Positions 47,426-57,471 are shown, numbered from the stretch's first letter. The stretch: DNA of 64,000 bases from Candidatus Sungiibacteriota bacterium (GCA_016180435.1 JACPBG010000002.1:60342-124341), one strand, 5' to 3'. Notes: generated by a model not told the origin, from the sequence alone. Translations and numbers: made by a program.

Positions 47426-49030
47426 ATGAAATTTACCGATGATTTTATGGGATTTTTTGGGAAAAGACCTCGTTTAAAGGTTCTTTTTGTAACTTCCGAG
47501 GAAACGCCATTTGCCAAAGTCGGGGGTCTGGGCGAGATAATGTTTTCTTTGCCGAGAGCTTTAAATAAATTGGGGCATGATGCGCGGGTCATGATTCCGC
47601 GTTATGGCACGATTGAACGGCCTTTTCCCCCGTTTAGCATGGAATATGAAGGTCTGGATGTGCCTACGGCTCCGGAACAAAGCGGTACGCGCTTGATTTG
47701 TAATGTGCTTCGTTATGATCCGACGGATGATCCGCATGCTCCAGCCATCACTTATTTTTTGGAAAATAAAGAATATTACGAATTACGCTCCAATATTTAC
47801 GGATACAAAGACGATGCGGTGCGTTTTGCGCTTCTTGCGCGCGGTTGTCTGGAATTTTTAAATTCCGGAGGCGGCTGGCTGCCGGATGTTTTGGTGGCTA
47901 CCGACTGGATGACAGGTTTTTTGCCCAATTTTTTGGCGACGGATTACCGCGAATACAAAAAATTGCGGAAAATTGCCAGCGTATTTTCTATCCATAATTT
48001 GAATTCGCAGGGGCCGCAGGGCGATCATAGATTCGTTCCGGAATCCGATCTGGATAACGGCTATGGATCCATGCCGGATTTTTTTGATCCGCGCATGGAA
48101 AATATCAATGCGATGCGTCGCGGCATTCTGTATGCCGATGCCATCAATACGGTTTCGCAGAAATACGCGCAAGAGATTATGACCGAAGAATTCGGTGAGG
48201 GTCTGGATGGAATTTTGCGCGAACGGCGTGATCGCATTTTCGGAATTTTAAACGGGATTGATTACGAAACCAATAATCCGGCCTCCGATAATTATTTGGC
48301 CGCTAATTTTTCCGTAAAAAATCTGGAACGAAGAGGCGAAAATAAAATATATCTGCAGAAACATTTTGGTTTGCCGCAGGGTCAGCAGATTTTTTTATCC
48401 GGAATTGTCTCGCGGTTAACAAGGCAAAAAGGGTTCTCGTTATTTCCGCAGGTCATAGAATCTTTTCTCAAAGAAACTCGGTCGCAGATAATAATCATGG
48501 GTACGGGCGAGATTGAAATCATGACCTATTTTCAGGATCTTGAGAAAAAATTTCCGGATCAAGTAAGGGTGCGTTTGCAATTTGACGGAATATTGCCCCA
48601 TTTGATTTTTGCGGGAGCGGATGTGGTGTTGGTGCCTTCTAATTTTGAGCCCTCGGGTCTTACCCAGATGGAGGCCATGCGTTACGGAGCTATTCCGGTG
48701 GCGCGTCGCGTCGGGGGACTGGCCGATACAATTGAAGATTTTAATCCGGAAACCCTGGAAGGAACCGGTTTCCTTTTCGATGAATTTAATCCCATGGCAT
48801 TTTTGATCGCGCTTATACGTTCATTCGTAAATTGGAAGCATCATGCATCCTGGCGAAAGCTCCAATGTTCGGCCATGGAGAAAGATTTTTCCTGGGAAAG
48901 ATCGGCTAAGGAATACGAACGTCTTTTCTATCTTGCCGCGGATTTTCATGCCAGAAACGGCATAAAACCGCGTTATATTCCTTCGGATACTTCGCATCAC
49001 TTGACTCATGGCTTGAAGCCGGATTTATGA
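47426..49030 (+). CDS. glgA: Glycogen/starch synthase (GT5).
   Basis: KVLFVTSEETPFAKVGGLGEIM (KxGGL motif). Length ~530 aa. Confidence 0.85.
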   Translation: MKFTDDFMGFFGKRPRLKVLFVTSEETPFAKVGGLGEIMFSLPRALNKLGHDARVMIPRYGTIERPFPPFSMEYEGLDVPTAPEQSGTRLICNVLRYDPTDDPHAPAITYFLENKEYYELRSNIYGYKDDAVRFALLARGCLEFLNSGGGWLPDVLVATDWMTGFLPNFLATDYREYKKLRKIASVFSIHNLNSQGPQGDHRFVPESDLDNGYGSMPDFFDPRMENINAMRRGILYADAINTVSQKYAQEIMTEEFGEGLDGILRERRDRIFGILNGIDYETNNPASDNYLAANFSVKNLERRGENKIYLQKHFGLPQGQQIFLSGIVSRLTRQKGFSLFPQVIESFLKETRSQIIIMGTGEIEIMTYFQDLEKKFPDQVRVRLQFDGILPHLIFAGADVVLVPSNFEPSGLTQMEAMRYGAIPVARRVGGLADTIEDFNPETLEGTGFLFDEFNPMAFLIALIRSFVNWKHHASWRKLQCSAMEKDFSWERSAKEYERLFYLAADFHARNGIKPRYIPSDTSHHLTHGLKPDL

Positions 49031-49052
49031 TTCCTGATTGTACGTTAATAAA

Positions 49053-49100
49053 AATCACTCGAGCTTTCACGCGCGAGTGGATTTTGTTACCCAACATTAA
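49053..49100 (+). terminator. Rho-independent terminator after glgA (aaaatcactcgagc...gcgagtggattttgtt).
   Basis: Stem with a one-base bulge plus a T-run. Confidence 0.55.
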
Positions 49101-49140
49101 TTTCGTATTTTTTACCCCGTCTCGATCGAGTCCGTTCTTT

Positions 49141-49398
49141 CTAAAACTTCTTTTTCTTATGAATAATTAGTTTCTGCTGGTGGGACAATTCTTGACGTAA
49201 AAGGGAATATTCCGATTCATCACTTAGCTGGCAAGTTGTATAAAATGCCCGCCATAGTTCGTCAATTGTAAACCCCACCAAAGGTGCTAGGCAAGAATAA
49301 ACAGTAGAGAATTTGCCTCGCTTTAATGCTTTTTCTGCTTTTCTCAGTGTTCTATTCGCTTGACTAGAAAATAGCCAGAAACGCACGGAATTCCACAT
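49141..49398 (-). CDS. Small hypothetical protein.
   Basis: ORF only. Confidence 0.25.
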   Translation of the reverse strand: MWNSVRFWLFSSQANRTLRKAEKALKRGKFSTVYSCLAPLVGFTIDELWRAFYTTCQLSDESEYSLLRQELSHQQKLIIHKKKKF

Positions 49399-49454
49399 AT
49401 GTACCTTGGGTGAAATATTGTACTACCTTTAATATACATAGCCATGTGTCATAG

Positions 49455-50735
49455 TCAAGTTTTTTTCTTCTCGAGGATGCGTTTCTTGATAAAACTCAAC
49501 AATGAATCCGGATTTTTTTGCTGAATCTCCGCAAGATCCCAATCAAATTTTCCGCGTACATGGCGTCTCGTATCGCGCGGTACTCCGATCGTGGTATCAT
49601 TTTTCATTCCAATCTCGTCTCCGTAGTAAATAATCTGGCACCCAGGCAGATTAAACAGAATATCGAATGCGGTTTTGATTTTTTCCGGATTTTTTTTGAA
49701 AATATCTGCGATCCGCATGGATATTCCGTTTTCTCCGCTTTTAAATACGAATTTCCGTTCCGGATCGCAATATGCCAAAAATTCCTTTTGTTCCGTTTCG
49801 GTCATGGAGCCGAAGGATAGCTGGTCGTGACTGCGCAAGAAAACCGCCCAGCGGCAGTTCATCGGAATATTTTCGGATGCATTTACGATATCTTTAATCA
49901 AAGAAGCGTCGTTTTTTAATGCGGCCAGAAAAATCCGTTCCGCCAGGGGAAAATTATACGCCAAGTGGCATTCGTCCCCGGTTCCGTCGCCGAAATATTT
50001 TTTAATTTCATATATGGAGTCATGCGCTTCTGCCAGAAGTATCGTGTGGGGAGCGATTTTTTCAAGATGCGCCCGGATTTGTTTCAAGACCGCATGCGTT
50101 TCGGGAAGTCCTTTAGCGGCGGCATTCTCCTTTTTGATAAGATATGGAGCGGCATCTAATCTGAATCCGCTAACGCCTAAATTGATCCAAAAGTCCATAA
50201 TTCCCGATATTTCCGAAAATACTTTTGGATTGTTCCAATTTAAGTCCGGTTCTTCTCCGTAAAATGTGGCAAAATAGTAATCATTTGTTGCCGGATTGTA
50301 TACCCAATTCCTGGATTTTAGATGCGGAAATGTGTTAATAGAATTTTTTAGTTCTTCTCCGGTGTCGGACCAAAGAAAAAAATCGCGTTTTGGGCCGATT
50401 TTTGAATCTCGCGCAGCTTTGAACCAGGGGTGTTCCTGCGATACATGGTTCAGCACCAAATCAAGAATTACGTGAATTCCGCGCTGTTTCGCTTCGCGTA
50501 TGAATAGTTCAAAATCCCGTAAGGTTCCGAGTCCCGGCCGGATATTCCGATAATCAGAAACATCATATCCGTCATCTACCATGGGAGACGGGTAATGGGG
50601 AAGAATATGGATAGCGGTTATGCCCAGGGTCTGAAGATAATCAAGGCGTTCAGCCAGGCCGCGGAAATTATCCGCGAATTTATCCACATATAGTTCATAG
50701 AAAATGGCCGATTGCCACCATTTTGTTGCCTTCAT
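49455..50735 (-). CDS. GH13 alpha-amylase-family glycoside hydrolase (amylosucrase/trehalose-synthase-like).
   Basis: IFYELYVDKF...GITAIHILP...DGYDVSDY...GIHVILDLVLNHVS, the GH13 conserved regions I-II. Confidence 0.8.
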   Translation of the reverse strand: MKATKWWQSAIFYELYVDKFADNFRGLAERLDYLQTLGITAIHILPHYPSPMVDDGYDVSDYRNIRPGLGTLRDFELFIREAKQRGIHVILDLVLNHVSQEHPWFKAARDSKIGPKRDFFLWSDTGEELKNSINTFPHLKSRNWVYNPATNDYYFATFYGEEPDLNWNNPKVFSEISGIMDFWINLGVSGFRLDAAPYLIKKENAAAKGLPETHAVLKQIRAHLEKIAPHTILLAEAHDSIYEIKKYFGDGTGDECHLAYNFPLAERIFLAALKNDASLIKDIVNASENIPMNCRWAVFLRSHDQLSFGSMTETEQKEFLAYCDPERKFVFKSGENGISMRIADIFKKNPEKIKTAFDILFNLPGCQIIYYGDEIGMKNDTTIGVPRDTRRHVRGKFDWDLAEIQQKNPDSLLSFIKKRILEKKKT

Positions 50736-50948
50736 AATTCCATAGTATCACTATTTCAAAGTCCGCAAAATTAGGTGTATAATAAAGACCTCCTGCATAA
50801 TAAGCTTTCGTGACGAAATTTCAGAATTTTGTGCGAAAACGGCGAAGCGCGAGGCGGCGTATATGGCATATATACGCCAACGAGCGATGAGCCGTTTGCA
50901 GCCAAAATTCTGAAATTGCAGTAGAAATGTTATTTTGCAGGAGGTCTT

Positions 50949-51800
50949 ATGATTATGGCATATATTTTTTTTGATCTTGGAGGCACTAAAACCCGGATAG
51001 CTATATCTTCCGACGGAAAACGGCTTGGGAAAGTTAAAGTTATACCAACACCGCGCGATGCGAAGAGCGGTATTACGGTTTTAAAATCGGTCGCGGAAGA
51101 GCTTGCGGCCGGAAAGAGAATCAAAGCGATCTGCGGGGGAATCGCCGGCTCTTTTGACCGAAGAAAATCGGTAATCGTGGGCGGGGGACCGAATATCAAG
51201 GGGTGGATGGGCGCGCATTTGAAAGAAAAATTTGAGAAAGCATTTCATGCGCCGGTGTATCTGGAAAATGATGCGGCTTTGGCGGGTTTGGGAGAGGTAA
51301 AATTCGGAGCGGGTCAAGGAAAAGAAATCGTTGCATATATTACGGTAAGCACGGGTTATGGCGGGGCTAAGATTATAAACGGAATTATTGATCCGCATGC
51401 CCGAGGATACGAACCCTCATATGAAATTGTGAATGCCATGGCGTATCGTAAAAGTTGGGATGATACGCGCCTTCGTATTTATCTTTCCGGCAGCGGCATA
51501 AAAAAACGTTTTCATAAAGACCCCGCATTAATAAAAAGCCGGGCTATACAAGACGAGTTGGCGTGCTGGCTTGCGGTTGCTTTGAATAACGTAATTGTGT
51601 TCTGGTCGCCGGATGTTATTGTGGTCGGAGGGTCGGTGATGAATATTATTCCTATGGCGCGTGTACGGGCGCATTTGGATAAAATCTATCAGCGCATCTT
51701 GCCTCCGCCGCCTATAAAAAAAGCCGCTTTAGGCGACCTTGGAGGGCTTTATGGCGCGCTTATATATCTGCAGCAGCAACGTATGAAGAAAAATTTGTAA
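50949..51800 (+). CDS. ROK-family sugar kinase (glucokinase-like).
   Basis: FFDLGGTKTRIAI N-terminal ATP motif; ENDAALAGLGE. Confidence 0.7.
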   Translation: MIMAYIFFDLGGTKTRIAISSDGKRLGKVKVIPTPRDAKSGITVLKSVAEELAAGKRIKAICGGIAGSFDRRKSVIVGGGPNIKGWMGAHLKEKFEKAFHAPVYLENDAALAGLGEVKFGAGQGKEIVAYITVSTGYGGAKIINGIIDPHARGYEPSYEIVNAMAYRKSWDDTRLRIYLSGSGIKKRFHKDPALIKSRAIQDELACWLAVALNNVIVFWSPDVIVVGGSVMNIIPMARVRAHLDKIYQRILPPPPIKKAALGDLGGLYGALIYLQQQRMKKNL

Positions 51801-51829
51801 AAAAAGATAACCCGTGATATTTTATATAT

Positions 51830-52465
51830 ATGGCAGACACTAACTTTTCAAAAGGAGAATTAAAGAAAATACGCGCCACAGACGCACTTAAAAGAAAGAA
51901 ACTAAAGCGAATTATTTGGATTATCGCGGTTGTGGTTGTATTGGCGGGCGGAATCTATTGGATTGTGCGTTATAATAAAGAAAAAAAGGCGAACCTTCCG
52001 GGTATATTTTATACAGATGTGGGGCAAGACCATATTGGATTAAATGATGCGCCGCCCAAGCCCTATAGTTCCAATCCACCCTCATCCGGCGGGCACTACG
52101 GCCAGTGGGCCAATTGGGGCGTGTATGATTATGAAGTGAATGATAAGATATTTATGCATAACCTTGAGCATGGGGGAATTTGGATCGCGTACCGGCCGAC
52201 CGTATCACCGCCAATTATTGATGATTTGAAGGGAATCGTAAAAGAGTTCGGCGGATCAAAATTAGTTATGGCGCCGCGCTCGGCTAATGATGCGGATATC
52301 GCAATTGTATCGTGGGCCAGAGTTTTTAAATTTGATGTATCAGGGAAAAATTTGACCGATTCGGAAAAAGAGCAAATTCGCGCATTTTATCGGGGATTTA
52401 AAAATCGAGGTTTGGAATTTGTGCCCGACACCATGCCGGGAGTTGATCCGAAGAGTATTCAATAA
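51830..52465 (+). CDS. DUF3105 membrane-anchored protein.
   Basis: PPSSGGHYGQW...HNLEHGGIWIAYRP, the DUF3105 signature. Confidence 0.6.
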   Translation: MADTNFSKGELKKIRATDALKRKKLKRIIWIIAVVVVLAGGIYWIVRYNKEKKANLPGIFYTDVGQDHIGLNDAPPKPYSSNPPSSGGHYGQWANWGVYDYEVNDKIFMHNLEHGGIWIAYRPTVSPPIIDDLKGIVKEFGGSKLVMAPRSANDADIAIVSWARVFKFDVSGKNLTDSEKEQIRAFYRGFKNRGLEFVPDTMPGVDPKSIQ

Positions 52466-52553
52466 AAGCACTTAGAACTTAGAACTTAGAACTTAGAAAA
52501 ATAACTAAGATCTAAGTTCTTAATGCTAAGTTCTACGTTGCCGAGCAACGTTG
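52465..52553. repeat. Family A palindromic element, full-length, with the terminal acgttgccgagcaacgt hairpin.
   Basis: aaagcacttagaacttagaacttagaacttag...ctaagatctaagttcttaatgctaagttctacgttgccgagcaacgtt. Confidence 0.85.
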
Positions 52554-52574
52554 TTGTATGACGTTATCATCATC

Positions 52575-52618
52575 GGCGGCCCGCCCCGATTTCTGTCGGG
52601 GCGAGGCTCGCCCACAAC
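52575..52618. repeat. GC-rich palindromic element (family B) at the trxB 5' end.
   Basis: cccgccccgatttctgtcggggcgaggctcgccc, flanked by a diverged duplication of the trxB N-terminal codons. Confidence 0.75.
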
Positions 52619-52621
52619 CTT

Positions 52622-53593
52622 ATGTTATATGATGTAATAGTGGTGGGCGGCGGACCGGCCGCAGTTGCGGCGGCGGTTTATTGCGCGCGCAAACGCCTAA
52701 AGACCGTATTGATTACCGAATCATTCGGCGGGCAATCTATTGTTTCGGATGATATTCAGAATTGGATCGGCGAGCCGCATATTTCCGGTTTTGATTTGGC
52801 TAAAAAATTTGAAGATCATGTGCGAACATATCCTGATGTGGTTGATATTAAGATGCCGGAAAGGGCGATGGAAGTAAAATCAATTAAATGTACGGACGAC
52901 ACCCGCAACTGCGATTTTCAGGTAAAAACCGAGCAAGGGAATATATATGAAGGAAAAGCGGTAATTCTTACTGCTGGCGCGAGCCGCCGAAAACTTGGCA
53001 TACCCGGAGAGGAAAGGTTAAACGGCAAAGGAGTGGCGTATTGTTCAACCTGTGATGCTCCGTTATTCTCCGGCAAAAAAGTCGCGGTGGTGGGTGGAGG
53101 AAATGCCGGGCTGGAAGCGGTGATTGATCTTTTCCCTTATGCCGAGGAAGTTTATCTGGTGGAATACGGGGAGGCATTGAAAGGCGATCCGGTTACGCAG
53201 GAGGAAATTAAGAAAAATCCGAAATTAAAAGCAGTTATTTTGAACGCGCAAACATTAGAAGTGCTCGGTGATAAATTCGTGGCCGGATTAAAATATAAGG
53301 ATCGCATAACCAATGAAGAAAAGATTTTGGAGGTTGACGGGATATTTGTTGAAATCGGCTCGGTTCCTAACTCCGAAATGGTTAAAGGTTTGGTGGACTT
53401 GGATAAATACGGGCAGGTGGTTATTGATTCCAAGCACGCCTCCACCTCGCATCCGGGAATTTTTGCCGCCGGAGACATTACGGATGATCCGTATAAGCAA
53501 AATAACATCTCGGCCGGGGATGCGGTAAAAGCCGCTTTGGGCGCGTATAATTATTTATTGCAGAGAAAAAAAGAGAGTCCGGCGAGCGAATAA
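52622..53593 (+). CDS. trxB: Thioredoxin-disulfide reductase.
   Basis: YDVIVVGGGPAAVAAAVY FAD fold, the CSTCDAPLF redox-active CxxC, and an NADPH-binding GGGNAG. Confidence 0.9.
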   Translation: MLYDVIVVGGGPAAVAAAVYCARKRLKTVLITESFGGQSIVSDDIQNWIGEPHISGFDLAKKFEDHVRTYPDVVDIKMPERAMEVKSIKCTDDTRNCDFQVKTEQGNIYEGKAVILTAGASRRKLGIPGEERLNGKGVAYCSTCDAPLFSGKKVAVVGGGNAGLEAVIDLFPYAEEVYLVEYGEALKGDPVTQEEIKKNPKLKAVILNAQTLEVLGDKFVAGLKYKDRITNEEKILEVDGIFVEIGSVPNSEMVKGLVDLDKYGQVVIDSKHASTSHPGIFAAGDITDDPYKQNNISAGDAVKAALGAYNYLLQRKKESPASE

Positions 53594-53612
53594 AAAATGG
53601 CATCAAGTGATG

Positions 53613-53966
53613 TTATTGATGCCGTATAGCCTTTTTTATCATTCGTTTATATCGCCAATACATTTTTGGTAGCTCATGGATATTAAACCAGTTAGGAGAT
53701 AGTCCTACCCTTTTTTGTTTTTGCTTAAGTAGCCCGCCTATAATTCTTACGACAAAACAGAATTCCTGGTCAGTTACATGGTCCACCCTATTAGATGTTT
53801 TAACTATTAATTCGGTTTCTTCTGCAAATTCTCTACAAGTTGCTGCATTGGCGTCTTCCCCGATTTTTAATTTACCGCCGGGCGGCCTCCATGATCCATT
53901 TTCGTAAATGAGCAAAACGTATTTTTTTTCTTTATCAAGGCAGATTCCTCTCGAACTGTTTTTCAA
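53613..53966 (-). CDS. NUDIX hydrolase.
   Basis: Nudix box GGKLKIGEDANAATCREFAEETEL. Confidence 0.75.
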   Translation of the reverse strand: MKNSSRGICLDKEKKYVLLIYENGSWRPPGGKLKIGEDANAATCREFAEETELIVKTSNRVDHVTDQEFCFVVRIIGGLLKQKQKRVGLSPNWFNIHELPKMYWRYKRMIKKAIRHQ

Positions 53967-54015
53967 TCCGGTCTCCTAGATGAACTGATAATAATTTTAT
54001 CATATTCATTGATTT

Positions 54016-55410
54016 ATGTCAACATTCTTCGAAAACACTAAAAAATTTATTGAAGACGCCGTGCGTATCGCCTATATTCCGGGCGATATTTTAGGACGTT
54101 TGGAAAAACCGGATAAAGTATTAGAATTTGAAATTGCGGTTGGTGATAACCCCGTTAGAGACCCGATGCCTATGGCATCGGCAGACGCCGAAGGGCGTCT
54201 TGTCTCTAACGGGGCGAGAAAATTTCAAGCATGGCGTGTCCAACATAATAACATCCTTGGTCCTTACAAAGGTGGAATCCGCTATCATCCGGATTCAAAT
54301 TTGGATGAGGTAAAAGCGCTGGCCTCTTTGATGACTTTGAAAACCTCCCTTGCCGGGATTCTTTTTGGCGGAGCTAAAGGCGCGGTAAGAGTTGATCCGC
54401 GTAAATTATCCCTGCAGGAATTGGAAGAATTATCGCGCATGTACGTCCGTGCAATTTGGCAAGAAATCGGGCCGGAAAAAGATGTTCCGGCGCCGGATGT
54501 CGGCACTACCCCGCAAATTATGGATTGGATGACGGACGAATATTCGAAACTCATCGGAAAATTGAGTCCGGCCGCCCAGCAGAGTGGGGCGAGCCTCGCC
54601 CAAAATGGGCGGGCGGGATTCACTGGAAAATCTATAGAAAAAGGCGGTTCCCGCGGCCGCGATATTGCCACCGGTTTTGGCGGGTATGTAATTTTGAGAG
54701 AATTTTTAAATCTAAGTTCTAAGTTCTTAGTTCTAAGTTCTGAATCGCAACTAGTGGTTGCGATTCAAGGTTTCGGTAATGTCGGCGCAAATATCGCTAA
54801 AATCTTATATGAAAAAGGATTTAAAATCGTGGCCATTTCCGATTCCAAGGGGGCGCTTTATGAGGAAGATGGCATTGATATTAAAAAAGTTTTGGATGTA
54901 AAAGAAAAAACCGGCATTATAGATCGCAACAAGTGCTATGCGGTTTCCGAGGAGCGGCTGGCATCCGGTACTCCCTGTCGCGAATTTACCAACGATGATT
55001 TATTGCAAATGCCGGTGGATATTTTGATTCCGGCTGCGCTTGAAAATGTTATCAATGAAGCGAACGCGGAAAAAATTAGAGCTAAAGTAATTTTGGAAAT
55101 GGCCAATGGTCCGGTTACTCCCGAAGCTGAAAAAATATTCACTAAGCGAGGAATTGAGGTGCTACCTGATATTTTAGCCAATAGCGGGGGAGTGGTTGGA
55201 TCGTATTTTGAATGGGTGCAAAATCGTAAAGGAGAGCAATGGAGCGAGGAGGAGGTGCTTGCGAAAATTGATGAAAAATTGACCGAGGCGTTTCAGAGTG
55301 TACAAAAAATTAAGGAGGAATGCAATGTTTCGTGGCGTATGGCATCATACGTACGGGCGATTAAGAGGGTTGCGGAAGGGAATAAAAATCCGCCTTTTGG
55401 GGCGGTATAA
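54016..55410 (+). CDS. gdhA: Glutamate dehydrogenase, carrying two in-frame repeat insertions.
   Basis: KGGIRYHPDSNLDEVKALASLMTLKTSLAGILFGGAKGAV and the GFGNVG NAD(P) fold. The inserted segments AAQQSGASLAQNGRAGF and NLSSKFLVLSSESQLVVAI are encoded by repeat families B and A. Confidence 0.9.
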   Translation: MSTFFENTKKFIEDAVRIAYIPGDILGRLEKPDKVLEFEIAVGDNPVRDPMPMASADAEGRLVSNGARKFQAWRVQHNNILGPYKGGIRYHPDSNLDEVKALASLMTLKTSLAGILFGGAKGAVRVDPRKLSLQELEELSRMYVRAIWQEIGPEKDVPAPDVGTTPQIMDWMTDEYSKLIGKLSPAAQQSGASLAQNGRAGFTGKSIEKGGSRGRDIATGFGGYVILREFLNLSSKFLVLSSESQLVVAIQGFGNVGANIAKILYEKGFKIVAISDSKGALYEEDGIDIKKVLDVKEKTGIIDRNKCYAVSEERLASGTPCREFTNDDLLQMPVDILIPAALENVINEANAEKIRAKVILEMANGPVTPEAEKIFTKRGIEVLPDILANSGGVVGSYFEWVQNRKGEQWSEEEVLAKIDEKLTEAFQSVQKIKEECNVSWRMASYVRAIKRVAEGNKNPPFGAV

Positions 55411-55415
55411 AAAAT

Positions 55416-55646
55416 TCAGAAAATCATGAGTATGACAACGGTCATAAGCGTGGCGATAAATGAAATTATAGCGCCATCTAAGGTGTAGTGAAAAAGATAG
55501 GGACGGGAAGGATCATAGGAAAGTAAATAGAAAAAATCTCCATGGAACCAAAGATAGGCATAAGCACCCCACATAAGGATGAATAGTACTGTTTCGCCCA
55601 CGGCTGCTGTTTGTTCTGAGTTAAATCTTTCTCCTTTTTCTTGCAT
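55416..55646 (-). CDS. Small hypothetical membrane protein.
   Basis: Two predicted TM helices. Confidence 0.35.
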   Translation of the reverse strand: MQEKGERFNSEQTAAVGETVLFILMWGAYAYLWFHGDFFYLLSYDPSRPYLFHYTLDGAIISFIATLMTVVILMIF

Positions 55647-55654
55647 ATTCCAAT

Positions 55655-55720
55655 TCTCTATTTTAGTGTGCTATAATTAAGAGTATATGAAACCTGTAAA
55701 AATTGCAATGTAATAAAATA
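55655..55720 (+). pseudogene. Diverged duplicate of the gap promoter plus its first ~8 codons (gtgctataatta...atatgaaacctgtaaaaattgcaatgtaa).
   Basis: Compare the authentic copy at 55995..56050, gtgctataattagcatatATGAAACCCACAAAAATTGCAATAAATGG. Confidence 0.55.
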
Positions 55721-55749
55721 ATCCCGACTTTTCGGGATTTATATGCATA

Positions 55750-55986
55750 TTAATCTGGAGAAGGAGGATTTTTTGGATAGTATATATTGTCAGCCGAAAT
55801 GTGATCGATCAAAGCGATTAATCCGACCAGGATAAGGGCGACAATCAATGGAGAAATCCAGTCAAAATAAAACTCAATGTTTGCTGCAGCTTTTGCCCGG
55901 GAGAGTGCCGTAACGAAACCCTCTAATTTCTCGGTAGTTAAGCCCAAGAATATAAAAGTTCCAATCACAGTATATTTTGCTAACAT
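55750..55986 (-). CDS. Small hypothetical membrane protein.
   Basis: Two predicted TM helices. Start MLAKYTVIG. Confidence 0.35.
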   Translation of the reverse strand: MLAKYTVIGTFIFLGLTTEKLEGFVTALSRAKAAANIEFYFDWISPLIVALILVGLIALIDHISADNIYYPKNPPSPD

Positions 55987-56004
55987 TGTGATACCTCTAA
56001 ATAA

Positions 56005-56023
56005 AGTGCTATAATTAGCATAT
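56005..56023 (+). promoter_or_regulatory. Extended -10 promoter (TGcTATAAT) for gap, giving a near-leaderless transcript.
   Basis: agtgctataattagcatatATG: the -10 box lies only ~8 nt upstream of the ATG. Confidence 0.45.
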
Positions 56024-57034
56024 ATGAAACCCACAAAAATTGCAATAAATGGTTTTGGTCGCATCGGCCGCTCGTTTTTCCGGGATACGTTTGAATTGCC
56101 TGGATTGGATGTGGTTGCGGTAAATGATCTTACTGATCCAAAGACATTGGCATATCTTTTAAAATACGACAGCGTTTACGGCCGTTATTCCAAGTCCGTT
56201 GAGGCTAAAGATGGTCATTTTACCGTGGATGGGCAGGAGATAAAAGTATATGCGGAAAAAGATCCCGCGCGCCTGCCGTGGAAAGAACTCGGCATTGATA
56301 TCGTGGTAGAATCCACCGGTTTTTTTGCCGATGGCGCCAAAGCCAAAGCTCATTTGGATGCCGGAGCCAAACGCGTGGTTATAACAGCTCCGGCTAAAGG
56401 AGATGTGGTAACCGCGCTTGTAGGAGTTAATGATGACCGGTTTGACGGCAAAAATCCGATTACTTGCAATGCATCCTGCACCACTAATTCCGTGGCTCCG
56501 GTTATGCAGATTATGCTGGATAATTTCGGAGTGAAGCGCGCAGTAATGACCACGGTTCACGGATACACCGCGACCCAAAAATTGGTTGATGGGCCGGATG
56601 AAAAAGATCCTCGTCGGGGACGCGCAGCCGCGGCAAATATCGTGCCATCCACAACCGGTGCTGCCGAGGCGGTGATTAAATCAATTCCAGAATTGGAAGG
56701 AAAATTCCAAGCAGAATCTGTGCGCGTGCCGACAATTACGGGGTCCTTGAGCATTATGACGGTAATGACCGAGAAAAAGGCATCAGAAAAAGAAGTAAAT
56801 GACGTTTTTCGGAAATCCGCCCAAGACCCGCGCTGGTCAAAAATCTTGAAAGTTATCGAAGACCCGATTGTATCATCTGACATTATAGGCGAGCCGTATG
56901 GAGCGATTGTGGATTTGACACTTACTCGTACTCTCGGTGACGATCTTGTCAAAGTTTTTTCATGGTACGACAACGAAGCTGGCTACACCGCGACATTGGT
57001 GGAGCATGTGAGGAGGATTGCGGAAAATTTATAA
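56024..57034 (+). CDS. gap: Glyceraldehyde-3-phosphate dehydrogenase.
   Basis: KIAINGFGRIGR NAD fold. The catalytic Cys lies within a C(T/N)ASCTTN-like segment (NASCTTNS). Confidence 0.9.
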   Translation: MKPTKIAINGFGRIGRSFFRDTFELPGLDVVAVNDLTDPKTLAYLLKYDSVYGRYSKSVEAKDGHFTVDGQEIKVYAEKDPARLPWKELGIDIVVESTGFFADGAKAKAHLDAGAKRVVITAPAKGDVVTALVGVNDDRFDGKNPITCNASCTTNSVAPVMQIMLDNFGVKRAVMTTVHGYTATQKLVDGPDEKDPRRGRAAAANIVPSTTGAAEAVIKSIPELEGKFQAESVRVPTITGSLSIMTVMTEKKASEKEVNDVFRKSAQDPRWSKILKVIEDPIVSSDIIGEPYGAIVDLTLTRTLGDDLVKVFSWYDNEAGYTATLVEHVRRIAENL

Positions 57035-57081
57035 TTTTATGATTTATCGGAATAAAAATAGCTCCCGGGCGGGAGCTTTCG

Positions 57082-57471
57082 TTATGAAATTAGTTTCGGC
57101 TTAATGAGGCAGAAATGTCCTCCAATGCCGAAATATATAAATTCTTCTCCAAGTAGACGCGCAAGTTCGCTCAATTTTTGCCTAAGCGGCTCGACCCTAT
57201 CTTTGTTAACAAGATAAACCTCAAATAGGATAGAGGAGCGATTATAGTCGAGAATCGTCTCTTTGTTCATCCACACGTAAAATTCGCTGATTTTTGACTC
57301 TGAAAAGCAGCCAAAATTTAATGTGAGGTATTCTCTTAAGTCGTCTTCGACGTCTCTTCCATTCGGTAAAACTGCGCTAAGACAGAGAGTCGGAATAAGA
57401 AAAGTAGCAGTCCGACCGAGGTCTATAATCGTATATTCGTCATATTCAAATTCTCTCCAAGTGTTTTTCAT
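57082..57471 (-). CDS. Hypothetical protein (downstream gene of a two-gene minus-strand pair).
   Basis: ORF only. Stop/start abutment with the 57468..57668 gene. Confidence 0.35.
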   Translation of the reverse strand: MKNTWREFEYDEYTIIDLGRTATFLIPTLCLSAVLPNGRDVEDDLREYLTLNFGCFSESKISEFYVWMNKETILDYNRSSILFEVYLVNKDRVEPLRQKLSELARLLGEEFIYFGIGGHFCLIKPKLIS

